From NCBI GenBank assembly GCA_039714075.1, contig JBDLKA010000030.1, positions 1 to 35,623 of the forward strand: a stretch of 35,623 nucleotides of DNA, in the 5' to 3' direction. Of this stretch, positions 17,706 through 27,467 are shown piece after piece (the first letter of the stretch is position 1; each line of letters begins with the position of its first letter). The DNA is from Candidatus Krumholzibacteriota bacterium. Lineage in GTDB: Bacteria > Krumholzibacteriota > Krumholzibacteriia > LZORAL124-64-63. A program made the position numbers and the translations under genes. Under the pieces are notes generated by a model that did no database searches, was not told the DNA's origin, and saw only the letters and a list, made by a program, of their open reading frames with translations.

Positions 17706-18383
17706 GTGGCCTTGAGGAAGAACAGGAAAAGTTGCGATGTGCCCGATGCCACCATCCACCGTCTTCCCCTGTATCTTGAAAAACTCAAACTGTTGCAGGC
17801 CATCGGAGTAGAAGACGTCTCCAGCCGGCAATTGGCGGAGTCCCTCGATATCAAGGCCAGCCAGTTACGGCATGACTTCCACTATTTCGGAGGCTTTAGC
17901 CGACCCGGACGTCCCTATCAGGTCGAGAAACTGGTTCCCGCCCTGGAAAAGATCATCGGCATTGCCGAGCCGGTGCCGACGGCCATCATCGGCGCGGGGC
18001 ATCTGGGGCAGGCGCTGGCCAACTACCAGAACCTGGATTTGCAGGGGTTCCCGGTGCGCGGCATCTTCGACACCAATCCCAAGGTGATCGGTCTGGAAAT
18101 GCGCGGCCAGCCCGTCAGGGACATGGATGAACTGGAAAAAGTCATCAAGGCAGAAAATATCAGGATTGCGATCCTGACCGTGCCGTCCGCCCATGCCCAG
18201 GCCGTGACCGACCGCCTGGTCGATGCCGGCATCATCGGTATCTTCAACTTCGCACCGACGGACCTGAAGGTACCCGAGGGGATCGCCGTGCGGAACGAGC
18301 GGCTGGCCGTCGGAATCATGTCGTTGAGCTTCAAGGTGAAGTGTATCCTGCAAAGCCAGGAAGAGAGTATCTCGGAAGTCTGA
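17706..18383 (+). CDS. rex: Redox-sensing transcriptional repressor Rex
   Basis: VPDATIHRLPLY, VSS.QLA, QLRHDF.YFG, IIGAGHLGQAL, AILTVP...AQ and GIFNFAP. TTG at 17712 is better spaced from the AGGAGG RBS than GTG 17706. Confidence 0.93.
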   Translation: MALRKNRKSCDVPDATIHRLPLYLEKLKLLQAIGVEDVSSRQLAESLDIKASQLRHDFHYFGGFSRPGRPYQVEKLVPALEKIIGIAEPVPTAIIGAGHLGQALANYQNLDLQGFPVRGIFDTNPKVIGLEMRGQPVRDMDELEKVIKAENIRIAILTVPSAHAQAVTDRLVDAGIIGIFNFAPTDLKVPEGIAVRNERLAVGIMSLSFKVKCILQSQEESISEV

Positions 18384-18415
18384 TTTGAAGTCCTGTGGAA
18401 GGCGCCCCGCCTTCC

Positions 18416-19426
18416 TCACCACCGGATCAGATTCGCCCCCCAGGTAAACCCGGATCCGAAAGCCACGGTGACCAGCAGGTCGCCTCTTTGCAGACGGTCT
18501 TCCCGCACCGCCTCGGCCAGGGCGATGGGGATGGAAGCGGCCGTGGTGTTGCCGTATTTGGCGATGTTGGAGTACACCCGCTCCGGCGGCAGACCCATGC
18601 GGGCACCCACCGCGTCGGTGATCCGCTGATTGGCCTGATGGGGGATGACCAGGCTCACCTCGTCGATATCCACCCCGCCCTTTTCCAGCACTTCCCGGAT
18701 GGATTCGCAAAAACGGCGCGTGGCGTGCTTGAAGACCATCGATCCGTTCATGAATGGGAAGTGCCGGCCCTGGTCCAGGATCTCGTTGTTGACGCGGCCC
18801 TTGATGGTGGACATGGGGGCTTCGCCGTAGAGTTCCCGGGCGAAGCGGCCCTGGCTGTGCAGAGCGGAGGCAATGACGCCCCGGTCTTCCTCGACCGCCT
18901 GGACGATGGCGGCGCCGGCCCCGTCACCGAACAGGACCGCCAGGTCACGGCCCTCGGTGGACAGGTCCAGGCCGGTGGACTGGATCTCCTGCCCGACGAT
19001 CAGGACGGTCCGGGCGGTGCCGGCCCGGATGAAGCCGTCGGCGGCCGCCAGGGCGTAGACGAACCCGGTGCACTGGTTGCGGATGTCCATGGCCCCGGCC
19101 GTATTCAGTTCCAACAGGTCTTCGATGAAAACCCCGTTGCCGGGGAAAAAAACGTCCGGGCTGAGGGTGGCGTAGAGAATCAGGTCGATATCGTTCTTGT
19201 CGATGCCCGCTTCGGCGATGGCCATCCGCGCCGCGGCCGCGCCCATTTCGGCGCCTGTCTCGACAACCTGGCCGTTGTCGTCCATCTCCACCCAGCGGCG
19301 TTCCTTGATACCGCTGCGCTCGGTGATCCACTCGTCCGAAGTGTCCATCCATTGGGTGAGATCATCGTTGGTGATGGTGCGGGCAGGGACATGGAATCCG
19401 GTGCCGATGATGGCCGCGCGGGACAT
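18416..19426 (-). CDS. fabH: 3-oxoacyl-ACP synthase III
   Basis: DTSDEWITERSGIKERR, DIRNQCTGF (Cys), LFGDGAGA, IPHQAN (His), YGNTTAAS (Asn) and AFGSGFTWG. ATG 19426 with GGAG RBS. Confidence 0.93.
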   Translation of the reverse strand: MSRAAIIGTGFHVPARTITNDDLTQWMDTSDEWITERSGIKERRWVEMDDNGQVVETGAEMGAAAARMAIAEAGIDKNDIDLILYATLSPDVFFPGNGVFIEDLLELNTAGAMDIRNQCTGFVYALAAADGFIRAGTARTVLIVGQEIQSTGLDLSTEGRDLAVLFGDGAGAAIVQAVEEDRGVIASALHSQGRFARELYGEAPMSTIKGRVNNEILDQGRHFPFMNGSMVFKHATRRFCESIREVLEKGGVDIDEVSLVIPHQANQRITDAVGARMGLPPERVYSNIAKYGNTTAASIPIALAEAVREDRLQRGDLLVTVAFGSGFTWGANLIRW

Positions 19427-19476
19427 GGGCAACTCCAATCAACCTGTTTTGGGACTATTCCTGGACGGATGCCGGG

Positions 19477-20118
19477 CTAACGATGTGCGGGAATGGCCCC
19501 GGGCATGACTTTCCTGTTCTGCCGGATGAAGGCCTCGGCCTGGGTCCGGGATTTGAAATATCCGATCCTGACCCGGAAGATCAACTTGTCGTCAGAGGTG
19601 TTGCCCACCTTGACCCGGGCGTCGAAACCCCTGGCCTTGAGACGGGCCGCTTCCTTGTCGGCGTTGGCCACTTCGCCGAAGGATCCCGTCTGAACCATGT
19701 ACGGACCGCGGGCCACCGGTTGGATGAGTTGGGGGGCGGGCCGGGTGGCTTTGGGTTTGACGGGCGCCGGTTTGGGGGTCGGGTTGGTGGCGGCGGCCTG
19801 CTGGATCGGTTCTTTGACGACGGGTTTGGCCGCGGTCTGTCCGGTGGGTTTTTCCGGAGTCAGGTTGGTGGTCTGATCCGCGATGTCCACATCGCCGGAG
19901 CGGGGCTCGGTATTTTTCGGCATATTGGTTTCGTTTTCGGGCGCGGTGACGACGGTCTGGTATTCCCCGATTCCGGTGGGCACATCACTGCCCTGATCCC
20001 GGAAAATGAGGACCGCGCCGATGATGCAAACTGCAATGGCCACCCACATGATCCTCGGCAGGCCCCGGCCCCTGCGGGAGCGGCGCATCCTGGATCCGGA
20101 TTTTCTGCTGCTGGTCAT
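19477..20118 (-). CDS. SPOR-domain protein (FtsN/DedD-like architecture)
   Basis: Basic N-terminus, one TM helix, Pro/Thr/Lys-rich linker, then C-terminal YMVQTGSF...NA......L...FRVRIG.F.SR..A. Confidence 0.85.
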   Translation of the reverse strand: MTSSRKSGSRMRRSRRGRGLPRIMWVAIAVCIIGAVLIFRDQGSDVPTGIGEYQTVVTAPENETNMPKNTEPRSGDVDIADQTTNLTPEKPTGQTAAKPVVKEPIQQAAATNPTPKPAPVKPKATRPAPQLIQPVARGPYMVQTGSFGEVANADKEAARLKARGFDARVKVGNTSDDKLIFRVRIGYFKSRTQAEAFIRQNRKVMPGAIPAHR

Positions 20119-21596
20119 GGCTTGCGGTCATCTTTCGCTTTGATGTTCAACGCAGGGTCCGTCCGGTCGGGAATCAACAGGCTGAACAGGACCGTGGCCG
20201 CCAGGGAAACCAGGAACCCCGGGATCATTTCATAGAGCAGGCCGTTCAGGAAGTCGATATTGTACCAGACGACCACCGTGACGGTTCCGGAGATGAACCC
20301 GGCCAGGGCCCCCGCCCGGCTGGCGCCCCGCCAATGAAGCGCCAGAAGCAAGGGAGGTCCGAAGGCCGAACCCAGGCCCGCCCAGGCATAAAGCACCATA
20401 TCGTAGACAAACCTGTCCGCCTGCCATGCAAGAATGAAGCCGATCGCGCCCACTCCCAGGGTCGCCCAACGGCCGAGGGCCACCAGTCTGGCCTGGGGGG
20501 CGTCCGGACTGATCAGGCGCCGGTAGATATCTTCGCTGATCGCGCTGGCGGATGCAAGCAATTGGCTGTCCGCGGTGGACATCATGGCGGCTATGGCCCC
20601 GACGATCATCAGCACCGCCAGCCATTCGGGCATGAAAGTTCGTGCCATCAAAGGCATGAGCTGTTCCTGGTCGGCGATCACCTGCCCGGGTCCCATGGCT
20701 TCCGGGCCGAAGTGGGCCAAGCCGGTCAGTCCAATCAGGATGGCTCCGAAAAAGGCGATCAACGCCCAGCCGACGGCGATCAGGCGGCCGGTTTTGACCT
20801 CTTCCGGTGAACTTATGGCCATGAAGCGCAGCACCAGGTGCGGCTGGCCCATGTAGCCCAGCCCGATGCCCAGGCTGCCGATCACGCCGCTGATGGCCGC
20901 CCAGCCGGTGTCCCCGGGCGCCACCTGAAGATAGGTCCCGCCAAAGTCTGCCAGTTTGGCATGAAGTCCCGCCGGTCCGCCCAGTTCCCCCAGCACGGCC
21001 AAAGGCAGAACCGCCAGGGTGACGAGCATGATGACGCCCTGGACCAGGTCGGTCCAGCTGACGGCGAAAAGGCCGCCCGCGGCGGTGTAGAACAGAACCA
21101 GAACCGCGCCGATCCCCATCCCGGCCAGGGGTGGGATGTTGAGGTAGAAATTCAGGACCTTGCCCGCGGCCAGGAACTGGGCGGCGACGTAGAAGGTGAA
21201 GAAAAACAGGATGATCGCCGTGGCGGTGATGCGCAGGGAATGGCCCCGGTCGCCGAAGCGGGCGGCGAAATAGTCGGCCAGGGTCAGGGCGCCCACACGC
21301 TCGGTTTCTTCGCGCAGGCGGCGGGCGACCACGAACCAGGAAAACGCGATGCCCGCGCAGCAGCCGATCCCGACCCAGATGGTGGTCAAACCCGTGGCGA
21401 AAGCCAGTCCGGGCAGGCCGATCAACAGCCAGGCGGATTCACCGCTGGCCCTTTCGCTGAAGGCGGCCACCCAGGGGCCCAGGCGGCGGTCGGCCAAAAG
21501 ATAATCGTCAAGGGTGCGGTTCAGCCGGGCGGCCCGGATTCCGACAACCAGGATGATGAGACTGTAGATGATCAGACCGATGACAAGGGGATTCAC
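20115..21596 (-). CDS. putP: Sodium/proline symporter (SSS family)
   Basis: DYLLADRRLGPWV.A.S..AS.ES.WLL.GLPG, GG..AVSWTD..QG, GLGYMGQPH...RFMA, AAMMSTADSQL and YAWAGLGSAFGP. GTG 21596 with GGAGG RBS. Confidence 0.88.
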   Translation of the reverse strand: MNPLVIGLIIYSLIILVVGIRAARLNRTLDDYLLADRRLGPWVAAFSERASGESAWLLIGLPGLAFATGLTTIWVGIGCCAGIAFSWFVVARRLREETERVGALTLADYFAARFGDRGHSLRITATAIILFFFTFYVAAQFLAAGKVLNFYLNIPPLAGMGIGAVLVLFYTAAGGLFAVSWTDLVQGVIMLVTLAVLPLAVLGELGGPAGLHAKLADFGGTYLQVAPGDTGWAAISGVIGSLGIGLGYMGQPHLVLRFMAISSPEEVKTGRLIAVGWALIAFFGAILIGLTGLAHFGPEAMGPGQVIADQEQLMPLMARTFMPEWLAVLMIVGAIAAMMSTADSQLLASASAISEDIYRRLISPDAPQARLVALGRWATLGVGAIGFILAWQADRFVYDMVLYAWAGLGSAFGPPLLLALHWRGASRAGALAGFISGTVTVVVWYNIDFLNGLLYEMIPGFLVSLAATVLFSLLIPDRTDPALNIKAKDDRKP

Positions 21597-21757
21597 GGAC
21601 CCTCCCTGATGGCGGATGATGAACGTTGGCGTCATATTAATGCCCTGCCGCCCGTTTGATCAACAAGGCAAAACACGGTTGACCTGAAGGGAAATTCCCT
21701 TGCAGGATGATGGTCCAGGTCGAACCGAAAGCCGAATTTCCCCTGAAGGAGAGAGAA

Positions 21758-22570
21758 GTGCCTCATTGGTTCGTGGAGATGCACCCGGTCAAACAGGCCC
21801 TGGTGGCCACCCTTTTCACCTGGGGCGTGACGGCCCTGGGAGCGTCTTTCGTGTTTTTCTTCCGGACCATAAACCGGAAGCTGTTGGACGCGATGCTCGG
21901 GTTCGCCGCCGGCGTCATGATCGCCGCCAGTTTCTGGTCCCTGCTGGCTCCGGCCATCGAAATGGTCGAAGCCGAAGGTGGACGGCCCTGGGTGCCGGCC
22001 GTTATCGGATTCCTGGCCGGTGGGGTCTTCTTGTATATTGTCGACAAGATCCTGCCCCACCTGCACCTGGGGTTCCCCCGGGAGGAAGCCGAGGGCATCA
22101 AGACCAGCTGGCACCGCTCGGTGCTGCTGGTGCTCGCGATCACCCTGCACAACATTCCCGAAGGTTTGGCCGTGGGGGTGGCCTTCGGCGCGGTGGCCGC
22201 GGGGGTGGAATCGGCCACCCTGGGCGCCGCGGTGGCCCTGGCCCTGGGTATCGGCATCCAGAATTTTCCGGAGGGGTTGGCGGTGGCCGCGCCTCTGCGC
22301 AGGGAAGGCTGGACGCGCCGCAAGAGTTTCGCCTACGGACAGGCTTCGGGTATCGTCGAACCGGTCGCCGGGGTGATCGGCGCCGCGGCCGTGCTGATGA
22401 TGCGTCCGATCCTGCCCTACGCCCTGGCCTTCGCGGCTGGCGCCATGATCTACGTCGTGGTCGAGGAGTTGATCCCCGAATCCCAGCTGGAAAAAAACAC
22501 GGACATCGCCACCATCGGCACAATGTTCGGTTTCGCGGTGATGATGACGCTGGATGTGGCCCTGGGTTGA
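21758..22570 (+). CDS. ZIP-family divalent metal transporter (GufA/ZupT-like)
   Basis: [60 protein letters not shown] 21758 follows an AAGGAG/GAGAG-rich RBS; the ORF extends to 21707. Confidence 0.93.
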   Translation: MPHWFVEMHPVKQALVATLFTWGVTALGASFVFFFRTINRKLLDAMLGFAAGVMIAASFWSLLAPAIEMVEAEGGRPWVPAVIGFLAGGVFLYIVDKILPHLHLGFPREEAEGIKTSWHRSVLLVLAITLHNIPEGLAVGVAFGAVAAGVESATLGAAVALALGIGIQNFPEGLAVAAPLRREGWTRRKSFAYGQASGIVEPVAGVIGAAAVLMMRPILPYALAFAAGAMIYVVVEELIPESQLEKNTDIATIGTMFGFAVMMTLDVALG

Positions 22571-22571
22571 T

Positions 22572-23126
22572 TCATTTTTTCGGGCGTAAACCCAGCTGGT
22601 GCAGGCCGGGCGGCGGACCCTGGGGGAACCGCGCATACATGTTGAGTTCGCTCCAGCCGAGATCCGGGTAGTTTTCCAGGGGTGCCCGGGAGTGACCGCC
22701 CGCCATGGCGCTTCCCATGATGATCCACAGGGGCAAGGAAACCGCGGCGCCCAACCCGTGGGAAAGGGTCGACAGGGATCCGGCGGTCACCCACCCGATT
22801 GCCTGGCCGGTCTCGGGGTCGAAATGCGCGATTTTTGCTTTCTTGACCATCCCCAGCGGCACCCCCCTGACGGGATCCTTGGTTGAACTGGTCCAGGCCA
22901 GGACATACAGGCTGTCATTGTCGACCGCCAGGAATTCCCCCCACAACTCCTCCTCGTCATGTGAGTCCACGAACTCCACCGTCACCCAGGCACCATAGGG
23001 GTCGACGGGCGCTTCGGACGCGGTGGAAAGCCAATCGTCCGGCGCTCCGGTACTGGCGCAGCCGCCCGCGGCAAGACAGGATACCAGCACGAGTCCCAAC
23101 ATTCTTGAATTCCGGCTAATGCGCAT
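22572..23126 (-). CDS. Hypothetical lipoprotein
   Basis: MRISRNSRMLGLVLVSCLAAGGC signal and lipobox; overlaps the 3' end of the upstream gene by 11 nt. Confidence 0.7.
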   Translation of the reverse strand: MRISRNSRMLGLVLVSCLAAGGCASTGAPDDWLSTASEAPVDPYGAWVTVEFVDSHDEEELWGEFLAVDNDSLYVLAWTSSTKDPVRGVPLGMVKKAKIAHFDPETGQAIGWVTAGSLSTLSHGLGAAVSLPLWIIMGSAMAGGHSRAPLENYPDLGWSELNMYARFPQGPPPGLHQLGLRPKK

Positions 23127-24681
23127 AACGGCTCCCCCAGAAATGAGCTTCCATGCCCGGTTCGAGCTCCTTGAATTTCGGAGCCAGGTAGCTTAACGCC
23201 AGGCGCGGATAGCGGAACATCAAGGCGGCCTTGACGGGGTCCTCCTCGGCCAGCCACTCCTCGCGCATCCATTCCAGGTAGTAGCCGCGGCTTTCCAGGA
23301 ATACATCCCACTGTCCACCGGCTGTCGGGAGGTCGTAAACGAGTCGGTACCGGTCTCCCGGCAGGGTTATCAGGGTCCGGTCCGGCGACGTCAGTTTGGC
23401 CAGGGCGTCGGGATCGGGATGCCCGTTCCGCAGCACCATCGCCGGGGCCACCCTGTCCGGCCACACCCGGTCTCCGAGAACGGCCAGGGCCACGTAGTCC
23501 AATCGCCAGTTGCCCTTGGTAAACCTCAGGCGCAGGCGGGGGTCGGCGGGATCCAGGTCCGGCAGGCGCAGCATATGGACATTGACGGCCAGGGGGCCGG
23601 TTTCGCCCGTGGTTCCCGCGGTGATCCATTCACCGTCCGGGCCGGGGACCTGGACTTCGATCCTGCCCAGCAGGTCTCCCAGGGTTTGACTGCCAGGCTG
23701 GGTTTCGGGGGCATGATCCAGACGAGCCAGGGCCGGCGCCGCCTGTTCCCCCAGGTAGGCCAAACCCTGATAGAACAGGTACGTGCTGAGCAGGGAATGC
23801 CGGGAAGCGACGACCAGGCCCAGCTTTCCCGGAGGAATTCGGTCGAATTCCAGATCGAGGCTTTCCTTGGCGCCCAGATAGAGCGAATCCGCCAGGCTGG
23901 TCCTTTCCCTGCCGTCGCAGGCGGTCAATAATTCGGTGCATTCCCCCTCGGAGCCGAGGCCGCGTACCGGGCTCTGCAAATTCATGGCTTCCCAAAAGGT
24001 GCCGTCCTGGGCGGCCATGACTCTCCCGTCGGGCGGCCGGGGGACCATCAGCAGGTCGGCATGCCTGACCACATGTGTTTCCAGGGCTTCGTTGGTCATG
24101 TCGAGGGTGAATCGGCCTCCGGTCCCGGTCGCGCGGAACAGCGCATCGAGGTCGGAGTCCTCCAGGTTCGGCGCCACACTCGCGGAAAAACCCTCGGCCA
24201 TCAGCAAGGATTGGCCGTGTTCGTCTGCGGCGTAGAAAGTGGGACAGGAACCGAAACAGGCTTTGGGATTGGCGATGCAGTAAACAGTCAGACCGAGGGA
24301 GGCCACGCTGAGAACCGACAACCCCGCGACCGCCGAGGAAGTGTGGACGATATTCGATTCGAAGATGGCGACGGAATCCAGGGGGACGACAAAGGGGCCA
24401 CCGGCCACGGAATCCCGCCGGGCGTCATAAAGGATGCCCCGGCCTTCGATGACCCGGCTGGTTTCGTCGACATGCCAATTGGAAAGGAGGTAAACCCCAC
24501 CGTCGGACAGGTGGGCCTTGAGCCACGGTGATTTTCCGTCCAAACCCTCCTCGCGAGCCAGTTCATACGGCTGGTGAAGGGCTTTTTTCTGAACCTTGAG
24601 GGAACAGCCCAGGCAAAGGACCAAAAGAATTCCCACAGACAAAATGAAGGGAATCCGACTTTTCAGGATTGTTATGGTCAT
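23116..24681 (-). CDS. Hypothetical lipoprotein with CIANPKACFGSCPTFY motif
   Basis: Start MTITILKS (ATG 24681, GGGGG RBS); lipobox-like LCLGC; long GC3-biased ORF. No family recognised with confidence. Confidence 0.7.
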   Translation of the reverse strand: MTITILKSRIPFILSVGILLVLCLGCSLKVQKKALHQPYELAREEGLDGKSPWLKAHLSDGGVYLLSNWHVDETSRVIEGRGILYDARRDSVAGGPFVVPLDSVAIFESNIVHTSSAVAGLSVLSVASLGLTVYCIANPKACFGSCPTFYAADEHGQSLLMAEGFSASVAPNLEDSDLDALFRATGTGGRFTLDMTNEALETHVVRHADLLMVPRPPDGRVMAAQDGTFWEAMNLQSPVRGLGSEGECTELLTACDGRERTSLADSLYLGAKESLDLEFDRIPPGKLGLVVASRHSLLSTYLFYQGLAYLGEQAAPALARLDHAPETQPGSQTLGDLLGRIEVQVPGPDGEWITAGTTGETGPLAVNVHMLRLPDLDPADPRLRLRFTKGNWRLDYVALAVLGDRVWPDRVAPAMVLRNGHPDPDALAKLTSPDRTLITLPGDRYRLVYDLPTAGGQWDVFLESRGYYLEWMREEWLAEEDPVKAALMFRYPRLALSYLAPKFKELEPGMEAHFWGSRYAH

Positions 24682-24961
24682 GTTTCCCCCTTTTGTTGAT
24701 TGTACCATTTCAATCATATCAAGTCGCAAGCCAAAATCCGCAGAAGGGGAAAATTTAATAACTTGTTGGTATTGGCTGTTTTGTGTGCTTTTGGGAAAAC
24801 AGGTCGGGTTCGGGGAAGCCGATCATAGTGCGGGATCGGGCAACCGGGTGCATCCGAATGGAAACAATGATCCACAGAAATGAGCCTGTGCTTGCTACCA
24901 TGTAGCCGGGCCGTTTATCCTCCCGCTATGGGTAGGGGGCGGAAACCAGGAGGCGCGCGGA

Positions 24962-25666
24962 TTGGGAAAATACAAGGGCATCCATCCCGGATCCTTCATC
25001 TTTGATCTGGACGGCACACTCATCGATTCGGGTCTGGATATCGCCCTGTCGGCCAATTTCACCCGGATTCATTTCGGGCTGCCGGAACTGCCGGTGCCCA
25101 CGGTGAAGGGTTACGTGGGTGATGGGGTGGCCAAGCTTTTGACCCGGACCCTGGGGCACGACATCGGCTCCGGCCTGACCGGCGAGGCGGGGCTTCCCGT
25201 CAGCGATGAGAGGCACGCCGAAGGCATGACGGTTTTCGCCGACCATTACGGCCGCCATCTGCTGGACAACACCTCCCTGTATCCCGGAGTCCTGGACATG
25301 TTGGCCCGGTTCCGGCGGATCCCCCTGCATCTGGCCACCAACAAACCCCGGGAATTCACGGACAGGATCCTGGCCGGGCTTCACCTGGCCGGCGCCTTCC
25401 GCAAGGTCGTCTGCGGTGACGAGACGCCCGCCCGCAAACCGGATCCGGCGCATCTTCGGGTGGCCCTGGAGGGGCTTGATGTCGCCCCGCGGGAAGTGGT
25501 GGTCGTGGGGGACAGTCCCAATGATGTCCACGCCGCCAAGGCTTTGGGCGCGGTGTCGGTGGCCTGCACCTTCGGGCTGGTTCCGCCGGGGCTGCTGAAA
25601 TCCGCGGGGGCTGATTTCACCATCGATGCCATGGGCGACCTGGCCCGCCTGTTCCCTTCACGATAG
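24962..25666 (+). CDS. HAD-IA hydrolase, phosphoglycolate phosphatase-like
   Basis: FIFDLDGTLIDS, ATNKP, RKPDP and VGDSPND; TTG start with AGGAGG RBS. Confidence 0.88.
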   Translation: MGKYKGIHPGSFIFDLDGTLIDSGLDIALSANFTRIHFGLPELPVPTVKGYVGDGVAKLLTRTLGHDIGSGLTGEAGLPVSDERHAEGMTVFADHYGRHLLDNTSLYPGVLDMLARFRRIPLHLATNKPREFTDRILAGLHLAGAFRKVVCGDETPARKPDPAHLRVALEGLDVAPREVVVVGDSPNDVHAAKALGAVSVACTFGLVPPGLLKSAGADFTIDAMGDLARLFPSR

Positions 25667-25676
25667 GACATTCGTC

Positions 25677-27461
25677 ATGAGCGACCGCGTGCCTCCCCTG
25701 TATCCCTGGCCACTGGACCGTCTGCTGCGGCGCGTGGCGACCGAGTGGGAGGACCGGAGTGAGATCTTCGGCCTGGCCGGGCGGCGTTTCTTCCGGCCCG
25801 ACTCGGCGATCGATCTCGGCTGCGACATCGCCGGACGCCGGGTGGCCACGCCCGTGGGGCCGGCCGCGGGACCCCATACCCAGCTGGCCCAGAACATCGC
25901 TCTGGCCTGGCTCGCGGGGGGGCGGACCTTCGAGTTGAAGACGGTGCAGATTCTGGATGAACTGGACATCGAGCGGCCCTGCATCGACATGGAAAACGTC
26001 GGCTACAACATCGAGTGGAGCCAGGAACTTACGTTGGACGAATCCCTGGTCGAATACGCCAAATCCGCCTTGCTGCTGGCGGTTCTGCGCCGTTGGGAAC
26101 CTCTGGCCGCGGTCATGGGAGACCTGGCCGGCCCCGCAGGCGATCATACCTTCGAACTTTCGGCGGGATACGACCTGGCGGGCATCCGGTCCGACCGGAT
26201 GACCGCTTTTTTCGAGGGCATGCTGGACGCCCGGACGGTGGTCGACAGGTTGCGGGAGGATATTCCGGCGCCCTTCGGTCACCTGCGGGATGTTCCGGTT
26301 GAAACGCGGATTTTCGATCACGTCACCCTGAGCACGTTCCACGGTTGTCCGCCGGACGAGATCGAGGGAATCGTCGAACACATGATGACCGCCCACGACG
26401 TCGACGTGACCGTGAAGCTGAACCCCACCCTGCTGGGAATGGAAACCGTCCGCGAAATTCTGCACGAACGGTTGGGACATACCGAAGTGCCGCTGGTGCC
26501 GGACGCTTTCGCGGCGGATCTTCAGTTCGACCGGGCCCTGGAAATGATCAATCGCCTGGAGGCGTTCGCCGCCTCGCGGGGGCGTGAGTTCGGCGTCAAG
26601 CTGACCAATACCCTGGTGGTGGGCAACCGGCGCGGGGTGATGCCCGGCGAGCAGATGTATCTGAGCGGCAAGCCACTGCACGTCATGGCGATCACCCTGC
26701 TGGACAAGCTGGTGGATGCCCTGCCGGGAAAATTCCGCCTGGGAACCGGCACGGGGCCCATTCCGGTGGCCTTCAGCGCGGGGATCGACAAGGACAACCT
26801 GGCCGCAGCCGTCGCCCTTGGTCTGGCGCCGGTGACGATCTGCAGCGACCTGCTGAAACCCGGCGGGTACGGCCGCATGGCGCAGGGGTTGCGCAAACTG
26901 GTCAAGACCATGAAGGAGCAGGGCCTGCCCGATCTGGGCGCCCTGCGCGGACAGGCCGAGGCCGAGGCAAGCACCCAGGGCCACCGGGACGCGGCGCAGG
27001 AGTTCGCCCGCCGTCTGGCCACGAGCGAGGGTTCGACTCCGTATGCCCTGGCGACCACCGGCAAACCCCTGCGGCAGGTCGATCACCAACTGGAAATGTT
27101 CGACTGCGTGGCCTGCACCAACTGCGTGACCGTGTGCCCCAACAACGCGTTCCTGCAGGTTCCGTCACAGGGGATCGAGGGCCTCGAGGCCCGGGCGCAG
27201 TACCTGGTCCTGGCGGAACTGTGCAACGATTGCGGCAACTGCACGACCTTCTGTCCCGAAGTCGGGGCGCCGCATCTGATCAAGCCCCGTCTCTACTTCG
27301 CTGCCATTGCCTGGGAAGAAACAGGAAGCCGGGGTTTTTTGTTGGACGGGATGGATGACGGCCTGGTGAGGACCGAAGGACCGGACGCGAAAGACGCCGC
27401 ATTGGTGAAGAGCCTTGTGGAGAATGAAAGGTGGCTCAAGTCCTGCCTGGAAGGGGAGTAG
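25677..27461 (+). CDS. YgfK-like oxidoreductase: N-terminal DHOD-like domain fused directly to a 2[4Fe-4S] domain
   Basis: TPVGPAAGPHTQLAQNI, FELKTVQILD, RPCID, YNIEWSQEL, TLSTFHGCPP.EIE, KLNPTLLG, FGVKLTNT, MYLSG and LLKPGGY.R. C-terminal CVACTNCVTVCPN and CNDCGNCTTFCP. Confidence 0.8.
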   Translation: MSDRVPPLYPWPLDRLLRRVATEWEDRSEIFGLAGRRFFRPDSAIDLGCDIAGRRVATPVGPAAGPHTQLAQNIALAWLAGGRTFELKTVQILDELDIERPCIDMENVGYNIEWSQELTLDESLVEYAKSALLLAVLRRWEPLAAVMGDLAGPAGDHTFELSAGYDLAGIRSDRMTAFFEGMLDARTVVDRLREDIPAPFGHLRDVPVETRIFDHVTLSTFHGCPPDEIEGIVEHMMTAHDVDVTVKLNPTLLGMETVREILHERLGHTEVPLVPDAFAADLQFDRALEMINRLEAFAASRGREFGVKLTNTLVVGNRRGVMPGEQMYLSGKPLHVMAITLLDKLVDALPGKFRLGTGTGPIPVAFSAGIDKDNLAAAVALGLAPVTICSDLLKPGGYGRMAQGLRKLVKTMKEQGLPDLGALRGQAEAEASTQGHRDAAQEFARRLATSEGSTPYALATTGKPLRQVDHQLEMFDCVACTNCVTVCPNNAFLQVPSQGIEGLEARAQYLVLAELCNDCGNCTTFCPEVGAPHLIKPRLYFAAIAWEETGSRGFLLDGMDDGLVRTEGPDAKDAALVKSLVENERWLKSCLEGE

Positions 27462-27467
27462 GTCCTC

